A stretch of 63,401 nucleotides of DNA, filler included, from Cercozoa sp. M6MM (Eukaryota; Protista; Endomyxa: Ascetosporea): assembly GCA_040357565.1 (NCBI GenBank). It is 10 parts of 10 records of this genome, joined end to end, with 100 filler letters (N's around TTAATTAATTAA, not from the genome) between each part and the next. Parts side by side here need not be neighbours in the genome. Positions count along the whole stretch, not along the records: positions 35,473 to 54,004 come from JBDODJ010000232.1; 9 more parts are not named here. One strand, written 5' to 3'. Under the pieces are notes generated by a model that saw only the letters and a list, made by a program, of their open reading frames with translations, was not told the origin of the DNA and made no database searches. Made by a program: the position numbers and the translations under genes. Positions 39,346-50,735 of this stretch are shown piece by piece (position 1 is the first letter of the stretch; every line of letters begins with the position of its first letter).

Positions 39346-41833
39346 CTAAAAACTAGCGTCAATGTTGGCATCTTCAACGGCAGCTTCAACGTCGTCCTCC
39401 ACTGGCGACTTGCGGCGACGTTTCTTGCTCTTTTTCTTGCGTTCCTTCTTGGACTTCTTGGAGGTCGAGGCATCGTTCTGCTCACGCAGCGCTGCGTTGG
39501 CCGTGCGTGCCGCTCTTCGACTGCTCCGCCTTGTGCCGAGTTCCTAGATAAGAGCATTCCTTGTAAAGCGCAAGGCCTGCAGAGCAGAGCGAAAACTGGT
39601 ACCCTGGCCAATTCTGCATCGCCAATCATTTCTCTCGGTGGCGAAAAACTCTCCTCTTCCTCAGCTTTGGCTATTGACAAAAATGCCCCAATGAAACACA
39701 GCAAATAAGCTTAAAACAGTACGTCTGCGCTTTTTCCGGCGCTTTTTGATGACTTTCTTGCGGCGTTTCTTTGGCTCCTCTGCAGAGATCTGTGCATCCG
39801 CGCGGATACCTGGTTTCAAAAAACCGCGGTACCGGGACGAGGCCGTTTGCCGAGGATTTTGTCATCATCGCTGCTTTCGTCATCAGATTCTTCTTCTTGC
39901 TTCTGCCAGCCGAAAGTTAAGAACAAAATGCAAAATACAGACGCACGAGAAACGCCAGAAAAGAGAAACCTTGACACGAAAAATACAAAGTACCTCAACA
40001 CTGTCCAGAAACTTCTTGAGTGCTTCTTCGTGCTCATCCGCGTTCTTGATTCGATGACCAGTGAGCCTGCGGTGTCAAACAATGAAAGCTGCGAAAGGCA
40101 CCAAGTCGGACAAAGCAGTTTTACCATCTTTGCAGTTGTTTCACACTGCACGTGGCCTTGCACTTTTTTAATCTGCACACAGCGACAGTGGTTGTATCAA
40201 ATTAGCAAGAGAAAGCTCAAGTTGAAAGCTTCAGTTGAAAGCTCGGTTGAAAGCTCAGTCGAAAGCTCAAGTAGAAAACACCCCAGCTCTGCTAAGCGAA
40301 AGCTTACAAACTGGCCGCCTTCCACTTGTGCTTGCGCATGGCAGCTTTCACTCGCTTCAGCAACTCTTCATCGGCGGCACGAACGACCGAAGTCGTTGTT
40401 GGGTCTGTTGAAATCATGCGTACACACACACACACGCCGACACACACACACACACATGCACAACAAGACCAAAGAAAAACACTACTGCTGGTGGGAGGAC
40501 TGTCGAACAGAAGTGTAAACTCTTCGGTGAGTTGTTTTTTGATGCGGAGCAATTCTTCCGTCGGCATGGCTTCGTATTCCTCGCGCCATTCGCATTCCTA
40601 GTTTTGTTAAACAGCAAAGGTAAAGGGTACTGTGAAGCAAAACAGATTACATTGTTTGAGGGCACACCTTTTTCTGTTCCGTGAGTTTCTGGAGACGGCG
40701 CTGCAGCGACTGAAGTTTGCTTGACGACATCTCGCCGATATCGCCGCTGGCGAAAGTCTGCGTTGAAACTACCTATGGGAGGAAAGACAAGTTTAGCAAA
40801 GAAAGAACCTTCTGCAGTCGCTTGAGCTGCGAAGCAATCTGCTGCGATCGTTTCGGCTTTGGTTTCGTGATTGTTGCTGCTCTTTGCGAGGGCCTCCTCT
40901 GCGTGCAGACAGGTGAAGAAAAGACAAAGTCACAAAAGTTGAACTTGCCACAGCTATCGAAGTCGGAAGCGACTTGAGCGGCGACTGAGCGGAGCGACGT
41001 GTTCTAGCAGCACTGGTGACACTGCTGTTGACCTGCGCGCGAGCGGCGTGAGCGTGTGGGTGCTCCACTTCAAACAGCGCCTTCTCCAGCAGCTGCTTCT
41101 CCACCATGAGCGATTCGGTCGTTCGCTAAAAGAGACACTAAAGCTATGACGTTTTTAAAGCAAAGAAAACTCACTTCTCGCAGTTCCTCCTTCTCTAGCA
41201 CGTTGAGTTGCTTCTCGAGTCGCGCAATCTCGCTGTTGATGTCGTCTTCGCTGCGTGTTTCGGCCTGCGAGGAATTTATACGAGCTTTATCTTTAAAAAC
41301 TGTGAGGTTTGATTACGTGTTGTCGCTCATAGGGATCTTTGATGCGAGCTTCGACCTCGATGAGTTCCTGCAAGGCACATCAGACTGTCCAAGGTACCAC
41401 TATTCTCAGCAGCGACTGTACCTCAATCACACGCCACTCACACGCCAAGCGTGCTCGCTTTTCGCTCACACCCGGTCCAACCAGTCCTTCCTGTCCCAAA
41501 CTGTATAAACGCACGGAGTTGAAAACAACAGAGAACAGCAGGCACCTGCTCGAGCTTGTCGAACAAGTCGAGAATGTCGATCTCGGCCTGCGTGCAACGC
41601 AGCGCAATCTCCAGTCGCGCAGAGTCTTGCTTCTCGAACTGCGAACGCACGTCGCCGTCCAGCTACATAAAGATGCACTGTTAGCGCAATCGGAACCCTA
41701 GATTTTGCTCGTGTACCTCATTTTCGTAGACAGAAATCAGGTGCTCGAGCTCTGGCGTTGGTAGGCTTTCCAGACGCTCTTCTGTGAAGGCGCCTGGTTG
41801 TTCTAACTCTGTCAAAAGAGCGTGGATATCCAT
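39346..41833 (-). CDS. Hypothetical coiled-coil protein with Lys/Arg-rich NLS-like C-terminus
   Basis: MDIHALLTELEQPGAFTEERL...; EIARLEKQLNVLEKEELRE; PKKRRKKVIKKRRKKR; ...ANIDASF*. Confidence 0.6.
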
Positions 41834-42105
41834 TAAAATGGCAGTTACACACTCCTACGCGCACTTAGCGCACCGCTCAGCCAGCCATCCGGAACGCGCG
41901 GACCAGAATAAAAATGAGATTCCCGTGCAAGCCGCGGTTTTGTGCCCGCTTGTTGTTGCAACGCTGTGCTTTAGCTTGGGTCAAGAACGGTACACTGCCA
42001 ATGCTCGCTTAGAGTGCATGTGCCGTCTTTCCGAGTGGGGTTGTTGTGGTCGAAGTTTTGTGCCGGGCGGATCACTTTTGTGATTCGTGATTCTGCGCAG
42101 CGCAC

Positions 42106-43175
42106 ATGAGCACCGACCTCACCGAGTCGCACGCCGACGCACCGCCGACGCAGCCGGTGCGCAAGCCGTCGTACCAGATCGAGTGCGTTTTTTCTTCAAA
42201 GCTTCTTCTGCTTTGCTTTGATTTCGAGTTTTGCTTTGCTTTGAGTCGAGTTTGCTTTGCTTTGAGTTTGATGAGTTGCTTTGAGTTTGAGTTGCTTTGC
42301 TTTGAGTGTTGGTGAAACGAAGTGAGCTTGTGTAGGCGTCGCATCGTCGTTGCCGTCGACGACAGCGAGACTGCTCGTAAGGCGTTTGACTGGGTGTGCA
42401 CCGACATGTACCGTGCGGGCGACCAGGTGCGTCTGATGCGAGCTTTCGAGCCTCCGGCCCCTTACCCCCCCCCCCCCTGCAGATTGTGCTGGTGCATGCA
42501 CTGGAAGCTGACCACTCGGTCAGCAGCATGCCGATCGACGGTCTGTCTGCTGCGGCCATGAAGCACATGCGCGAGGAGGAGCTGCGTGTACTCTTTTTTG
42601 CTTTGAGTCGAGTGGCTTTGCTTTGTTGAGTTGCTTTGCTTTGAGTTTAGTTACTTTGCTTTGCTTTGCTTTGCTTTGCTTCAAGATGAGTTGAGTTGAG
42701 TTGCTTTGCTTTGCTTGCGTAGCGTGCCAAGCGACTGGTGCAGTCGTTCACGTCGTACCTGAAGCGCGAGAAGCTGCACTACCTGGCCAAGATTGTGTCG
42801 GGTGACGCTCGCTCTGTGCTGGTGGGCGAGTGTCGACAGGTCGATGCCGATCTCCTCGTTGTTGGCAGTCGCGGTCGCGGCCGTGTGTCGCGCGCGCTGC
42901 TTGGCTCTGTCAGTGGTCTGTTTTACCCCCCCCCCCAGACTACTGCGTGCGTCACTGCAAGTGCCCCGTTACGGTGGTGCGTGCGGATGCGCAACTCAAG
43001 CGTATTGGTAGTCGCGGCACTTTGTGGGGCAGCTCCTCGGTACTGCCGTCTCCCTTGTCTGTCTGTATGTCTCTGTCTGTGTCTGACTCCTGTTTTGCAG
43101 GACCTGCAATCGCTCCAGCAGACCGACGCCATCAACGCGCGCAGGTCGCCGCCCAGCTCGCAGAACGGCAAGTAG
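42106..43175 (+). CDS. Universal stress protein A family protein
   Basis: RRIVVAVDDSETARKAFDW; IVLVHA; GDARSVLV..ADLLVVGSRGRGRVSRALLGSVSDYCVRHCKCPVTVVR. Confidence 0.93.
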
Positions 43176-43521
43176 TTTTTCTGGCAGTGTCGACTTCGGA
43201 CTCCGGATCGATTACTTGCGTTCGATTGCGCCTAATACTACTGTGAGTGAGCTACGCTAGGACTGGATTCCCTCGTCTGGATCTAACACATAAAAACTAA
43301 GTTTAAATCTTGCGTTGCGGTGCGGTGCCGTGCATTTCGTTTCGTTTTGTCCATCGAAGGTAGTTAGTTAGTTGAGTTCCCCTGCATTTGAACGTCGAAT
43401 AAACTGATTGCCAAGGCTTAACACAAACTCTGACAGCTTAGCACTCCATGACGTCTGATTTCCCTCAAAAACCCTGCCATGCGGGTGCAGTTACGGAGTG
43501 ACGTGGTCGTCATCCTGCCTT

Positions 43522-45077
43522 TCAGTACGTGTGCGTACGCCCAACGAGCTTTTCGACCTCATCGACGCCGACAAGAACGAGAGCGCAGCCCGTGCCGCGC
43601 ACAATGTTGACAAATGCGCCTTTAAACAGCGCTCCTTCGCGAGCGACGGTTTTGGTGGCCTCTGCTTGTACCAGTGACTATTTGTTAGAATGTGTCATAG
43701 AGCACAAGCGTAAGGCTGACTTTACCCCACGCACTACCGTACGCCTTGCCTCCGACTGTCATCATGATTCGGCGGCGCACAGTGTCCACCGGGTACGCCA
43801 GCAAGCCAGCAGTAGTCTACATACAAGTTACAGTGCATCATCTAGGGAAAGCTCGGGCCACTCTGCTTTAAATTTACCGTCACGCCGAAACTGAGGACCA
43901 AGCGCGTCAACAGCGACGATTCTGGCAGCAGCGACTTGCTCGTGTCATACAAGCCTACAGAACCGATACGACAGTGTCTCGCGCTTTCTTTATAAACAAA
44001 CTGCCTGTACCGAAGTAGAGTCCTCGGTAGATAAAAATGCCGAGCACTGAGATGCCAAACCCTCGGTACAGTGCAGCTACATCACACAAATCCGATCAGG
44101 CTTGAGCAACCAGCTGTCTGTAAAGTCGAAAAGAACTTCTGGAGGTACCAAACCCGCCATGCCTGTAGCACCAGGTCAGACAGTGACCCAGACCGCGAAA
44201 CTTGCGCTCTGTGCTGCCCGAGACAATGTCTGTGCCGAGTCGCGTCCTCGCCAAGTCCAATGGGTAGACGCACAGCCTACCTCAACACGTCCGTACAGTT
44301 CAGAGACAATTAAAAGAAACCGTACAACGAAGTCGCGCCAGCAAAGCCTCCGCTCAGCGTGTTGCCGACCAGATGAGGGACGAAACCAGCTTCGGGCCTC
44401 GTGGCGAAAACTGTCCAGTCACACAGTGTTTACAGTTTCAAAAAGGTGTGAAATCGCGTACTATGCTTGAATTTGTCCTTAAAGGCAAAGTTCAGTGCCT
44501 GCAGGGTTTTTAAGTAAAAGAAGCATACACAGTTTTAGCTGTAACACTGGAAGCGGTACCTGTGCCGGAAAGTAGCGAATCACGTTGGTTAGATTCCCTT
44601 GCCAGAAGGCGCGCACACCTTGTTCCTGTGATTAGTACCTATACCGCTCCTGTACTAGTACGCTTTGTCAAAATCAACCTTGTAGACGCTGCGCATGACA
44701 TCAGAGAGGCCAGTGTATTTTCTTGTGATGGTTTTTGACTCCGACTGAACAACAAAGNNNNNNNNNNNNNNNNNNNNNNNNNNNNNNNNNNNNNNNNNNN
44801 NNNNNNNNNNNNNNNNNNNNNNNNNNNNNNNNNNNNNNNNNNNNNNNNNNNNNNNNNGGGGGGGGGGGGGGGTTGAAGGTGCACGTTGTTTTGCAGAACA
44901 GCAAGTACCTGGTTTTGAAGTAAGAGTTTCGCAAATTCTAAAGGGGCAGTGATCGTTTTCGACACTGCGGCCGTACCTAAAACAGCGAAACCGAAACTGA
45001 ACACCAGGAAAAATGGCAGTGAAAGTGTATTGGTTTTCACCTCCGCCAATGAGAAAATCGACGGCAAAACTGTCCAT
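43522..45077 (-). CDS. AAC: Mitochondrial ADP/ATP carrier (ANT/AAC), divergent, 11 exons
   Basis: [118 protein letters not shown]. Confidence 0.93.
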
Positions 45078-45534
45078 CGCAGATGTAAACACAGCAAGGA
45101 TCCTAAAAACGACTGAAACAGTGTGCTGGACTCAGCACTTTAGGGTTTAGCACGTTTAATTTGTTTTGTCAGTTTTTGTCTTTTTTGGACGGTTTTTGAC
45201 TTCTGTCAGGGTCAGCAGGGTTTCTGACTCCTTGATTGTCACTAGCTGGTGATTTGAAGCGCCGATTGAGCTTTTCAATTGAGCGGAGGTCTTCGATTGC
45301 TGGGAGCATCTGTCGGAATTCAATTTGAAGCAGACGAATCTTCCGCCATGGTCACCTGACGCAGCCGAGCCGGCCATACTCCGTAAGCGTATGCATACTC
45401 GCGTAGACGAGACTGCAGTTACAGCGGACACCGACAGTATAGTACGCGTTGGGCAGTCATGGCACGATGAAGGAGGCGTGGTGCAGGGTAACTGGGAATT
45501 CTACTAAATTTCATAGTTGGGTTGGTTTCTACAG

Positions 45535-48500
45535 TTAGTAGACTGAACTACTGCTGCACATACAGTAGAGTAATGAGCCAAGCACTTGACTAACTGGGAT
45601 TCGAACCGAACCCGCGCAGTTATGTGGTCCTGAAGTCGAGTGCTCAAGCCCAGGCACGCTGTTGACGGTGCATACGGCCGCCTGTGCGACGTCTCTGTGC
45701 GTGCGGGAAGTTCTCGTCATTGCCTGAGACAAAAACAGAAAATCCACGCAGTAAAACACGTCACAAAACCAAAAACCGAAAACAGTACCGTAGTATTCGC
45801 GGAGTTTGGCAAGTGCTTGCTTGGCACGTTTGCCTCTGTTGCTGAAAGTAGTCCCAATGCGCTCGATTTTGTCGTTGAGTGTGTCGAGCAGCGTTTTTCG
45901 GTGTGAACGCGTGAGTTTCCGCCGATTGCGCACGGCGTACTCCAGCAGCACCTACAGATGCCAACCGTTCAACAACTTACCCAAAACAAAGCAAGCAGAC
46001 GAAAGGAACCTTGGTGAGACTGGACAGGTCGCGCTGCGAGAGCACCGGAATGGTGGCGATGCTCAAGGCGACGGCGCGAATGTGCGCAGGCGACAGGCGC
46101 CGCCGACTGCATTCGAGCACCTGCACGACCAGCGTGAAGTTGGCACTCGCGCAGAGCACCTCAAATCGCTCGAACAAACGCCAGCCCACGGAAGCCTGCA
46201 GATAAATCAAGATTGCTTTCACTCCGACAGGCAAAGCACATAGCGCTTACCGAGGCAGCTTCGTCGGCAGTGCCGGCAGCCGGAAAAACGAGAAAGCGAC
46301 GGATTTCGGCCTCGAGCGGATGAGTTGGAGCTTTTGTTGCGTTCTGTGATTTTTTCGACTGAACTGTTTCGGCTTGCTGCTCGTCACCACACTCGTCGAA
46401 ATCCTCAATGTCGCTCAAGTCGAACTCATCGAGCCCGTCTGCATTGGCCGCGCTGGTCGGATCGTGCTCCGGGTCTGGCGTCGTGTCCTCGCCTGATCAC
46501 ACTTCTTCCAAACAACGTTTTGAACAAACAAAGCAAGCAAACCGACCCAACTGAAGATCCATCGCCTTGCGTAACGGAGCAAAGGTTTCCAAACTCGGCT
46601 TTGCGCGGAACTTGGCATAGGCCACTTTCACTCGAGCTTCCACGGGAGCGTCCTCCTGCAATTTAGAACAGTTTGCGAGTTGTACCCAGCTCCAGTCGAT
46701 CTTTTTCTTACCTTTAGAGAGGCAAATTTACCGGCTTCGCCAGCCTGTCATAGTAGGATCAAACATCCGCGCGGAAGGTTGCAGGAAAGTGGAACGCACA
46801 TCACATTCTACAAAATGATCGGTCCACTTTTCAACAATGTTGAGAATGTCAGTTTCGCTCCTGAAGAAAATAATTAAGTCGGATTGCTTTGTTTTAACTA
46901 AAGGATGGTTTCGTACCTGCCGAGATGCTTAAGTTGCGGTGTGTGCCACTGTCGCATCTCCTTGAGAACGACCTGTTCAACGACGCGTAAAACAAACGGA
47001 AAGATCGCCTCGTTGATCGAATCTTCCTGCTCCATAGTCTCTTCAAACGTTACGTCCAACGTCTGCTACCCAGCGTACAAATATAACCAAAAAGTAAGAC
47101 CAGAAATAAAGGTACCTGTTTCTCAAGCCAACTGAGATGAAAATTCAAAGTGCGCTTCAGCATCACAGGTGCCAATTTGCGCTGGAGCACTTCCGGACAG
47201 CGCCAGAAGAACGTAAAAGTGCGTTCGAGATCGTCGCCAGTGACGTCATCATTGCTATTGCCGTCGCTGCTTTCGTCTCCTCCAGGCAGACAATGTCGCT
47301 GCAGAATCAACTTGAGCGTCGAAATCAACACGCGTTCTTTCGGCGCCAACACTTGGCCAAATTGCGCCTAAAAATGAAAACAAGCGTCAGACAAGTGAAT
47401 TTAAGACAACATTCGCGTGGAATTGAACAGAAAGCACCAACTGATCGGTCATGGCAGTTGCAAGCAAATGCCGCGCCGACATCGGCAGTGACATTACAGA
47501 CACACCAGAACTGCCTTCAAGCAGAACGTGCGTACACACGTCTAGTGGACACTTGGCACGACACAGCACGGACACGACGGCGTTTTCCCAGTCATGAATC
47601 GACCAGATCGGGCCCTTGCCATCCGCACCACGTTGCAAGCACACACTTCCCTGCAATTTCAACACGACACTGAAGCACGCAACCTAGACACATGCGAAGA
47701 AGTAAGCTACCAAGTCCACAAGCAAGAGCAACAGCTGTTGCAACTCGTGTTTCGCTTCATTGGCCGCTTGTTTGAGTCGTTTCGCCTCCTCTTCCTTCTG
47801 CTTTCGAGTCTCTGCGTCCTCTTCGACTTGAGCCTCGCGACGTTTCGCATCCCTGTCGCGCTTGCGCAGCAAATAATCCCACAGAGGCTTTTGAGAGATC
47901 TTAAGTGTCGCAAGGGACGAATGCAGTAAATGCCAGCATGATAGTGCAACGCAACGCTTGTTGAACTTGAAACGGGTCAAGGCACCTAATTTTAAAAGAA
48001 ACGCCAAAAATGCAAGAAAGACAAGATTATAAAATAAACATGTGAGTTAACGCACTTTGAGCCAAATGACGCAGTTCAGCGTCTTCAAAACCTTGGTCGC
48101 TCTTGCGAACGAGCGACATTTGCAACATGAGTCGCTTCCAGGCAAAGAGCGACGCGTTGCGGAAGGCGTTTTTGATTTCTTCGATTTGCGGCCACTCGAT
48201 GTCGGACAGCAGGTCGTCCAGACTGGGCTCGTGTTCGTCCTCTTCCTCAACAATGTGGCGCATACGACGGCCTCTTCGGCGACCGTTGCTGTTGCGTGTA
48301 CTACCTCGACAAAACACACGTGCGAAATTTAACTCACGCGGAGCAAAAGCTACCCGCTTTGCGACGGAACCGCTTGCGACTTTTTCACATCGGCACGCAA
48401 CGGCACGTAGCGCAGTTTTCGCATGTCGTGCGACTTTCGACGCCGTTTCGCGATTCTGTCGCGCCGTTGCCTAACAAAGCAACACAGTCTCGAAGCAAAA

Positions 48501-50560
48501 CAAAGCAAGTTTCGAAACAGCGAGATTATTTCGAAGCAAAGCAAAGCAAGTTTTGAAACAGAGCGAAACACTGCGAAGCAATTTCGAAACAAAGCGAAAG
48601 AATACACACCGAATGCGTCGCGCTGATTCGGTAGCAGCTTTGCGGTAGGCGCGCATCAAAAGACACTGTCGCACCGTTTGATCCAGGAGATCGCAGCCAT
48701 CGTCGTCGAAACCAAGGCGCTCGCCGAGTGAGCGTTTGCCCGTCACGGCGTTCTGTCGCTGCTCGTGCAACTCGTCATGCAACGCCAGCAGCAAGTTGGA
48801 CGACGGCGCGAATCGACACATCCAGGCGCACGCCAAAGCTCCAGCAAGCTGCTCGAGTTTCGCTTCGCTGTCGTGCGCTTGGAAAGCAATGTGCAAGTAC
48901 TCTCTTTCGTCAATCTAGCCACCAAAACAAGAAGCTTTGCTTTGATTTCGAGTGAGTTGCTTTGCTTTGTTTCGAAAATTTCGAGTGAGCTACTTTGTTT
49001 CGGAAGCTTTGGAGCGAAAAAAGCGAAAATGGTACCTGCCTGTCACCGAAAGCGATGCGTGCAGTCGCGAGCTGCTGCAGAGTCGGCACAAAGTTGAGTC
49101 GACGCTGCTGGTTGGCGGAAGCTTCGTCGCCGATCGAAAGCAGCAAAGGTTCGTGCTCCTGCGACAGTGGCGTCTCGCGTGAGATCACGTAGGCGCGACA
49201 CAACAGCACGAGCACACGCTTGCGCGAAGCACTGATGGCGGCTTGATCCATCACGCGGCCTTGGCGAGGCCGCTTGCGTCCCTTCATGTAGAGTCGCGCC
49301 TCGCTCACCTTAAGGAAGAATAGCACGTGCTGCGCCACCATGAGATTGAACTTGACGCCGTTGGTGCGCACGATCGCACTGCACGCACGCATTTAGTTTC
49401 TTTCACAATCTCCCCGAAGCTTGCAACAAAGCGAAACTAACTTTTCAGCGATACTGCAGACATCTTCGCACTTCGTCACATCGCACTGACTCAGATTGAT
49501 GGCGCAAATCTCCTTCGCAAGCTCTTCTTTCGCTCTGCACAGCAACTCAAAAGCAATAAGCACCAGCGTTTTGATATTAAAGCTGTTTCAAAATCAAAGC
49601 TTGCGTGTTGAGCTTTGATTTCGAAACGAAGCTTTGACAGCGAAAGCTTTGAAGAAGGTACGCATGATCGCCAGTACGAAGTGTCTCTTCGGCACGACGC
49701 AAGAAGGCACTGGCCGCGGGACCCGACAGCACCGGCAGATCGTGCTGCACGGCGGCGTCGTCGACCATGCGCAAGTCGTCAAGATCGTCGAGATCGTCGA
49801 GATCGTCGTTCTGCTCAGGCGGCGAAGCTGGCGAAACTTGCGAAGGAGGCTGAGAAACTCGCGAAGGAGACTGCGAAACTCGCGAAGGAGGCTTCGAAGC
49901 ATTTGAAAGCGAGGCCGAGCGAAGCGAATCGTCGTCGAATTCAAAATCGTTCTGCTTCGCTTCGTCTTTGGTGAGCGAGGCCGCGAGATTGCGCATGCGA
50001 TCGGAGACCTCTGTGGTGCGACTTCGCTTTCGATCGCGCTGGTCGGCAAGATCAGTGGTCAGGTCGATGGTTGGATCAGCGGACGGGTCAGCCGCCGGGT
50101 CAGCGGTCAGGTCGAGCACGCCATCATCGTCGTGGTGCGACACCAGGTAGCTCACGATCTCATCCAGCGAGTTCGAGCCGGTCTCGCGCACTGCCGACTC
50201 TACTTGTTCGCGCGACAGTGTCAAGCCAATGTCCGACACTTGCGACAGCAGTCTGCACACAACACACACGGCTCCGCGCGGATGCAGTCTCCAAGCGATG
50301 TGACGAATCTACACTGCCATCGACGTCGAGCGGCGCTGCAGTTGGGGCGCCTCATCCGCGTCAATGTCCTCTATGTCGAGACTCTGCAACACAACCCGCA
50401 GGTCTCCAAAAAGAAGCTGAAAGAGAAGCATGCTGTCGCACCTGGAAGAGAGACATTGGGCGGCCGTGAGTACTTTATTGTGCCAAGAAAGAACCACGCT
50501 ACTTTGCGCTCCTATTTCCCTAACAATAACAATACTGCAGCTACACGCGCATGCTGTCAC
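45535..50560 (-). CDS. Large hypothetical protein with UBA-like segment and tandem SUMO-interacting-like motifs near the N-terminus; ends approximate
   Basis: Chain of minus-strand exons; SREQVESAVRETGSNSLDEIVSYLVSH, VLDLT/TIDLT, then a long helical-looking region. Confidence 0.5.
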
Positions 50561-50735
50561 CTATGCAGCCACAGGCCGAACTGGGCAATCAGAATCACAT
50601 CGAATCAACATTGTTGTTCTTGAGCCGAATGGTGAGGCAGCTTTTGAGGACGGGTCCCACCGTGACACAGCTCGTGAAGGAGATCAGAGATCAGGTGCAC
50701 TCTGTGAAGCGTGGCAGCGCGAGTTTTTGCTGAGC

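Noticed and set aside
45138-45150. Single telo-box-like AAACCCTAA upstream of AAC
   Set aside because: One 9-mer in a genome rich in related words; not distinguishable from chance.
50640-50705. LLHELCH (HExxH metalloprotease-like) on the minus strand upstream of the SIM protein
   Set aside because: Short frame closed by a stop, no supporting WLM/SprT context or clear splice path; lies in the spacer before AP2A.
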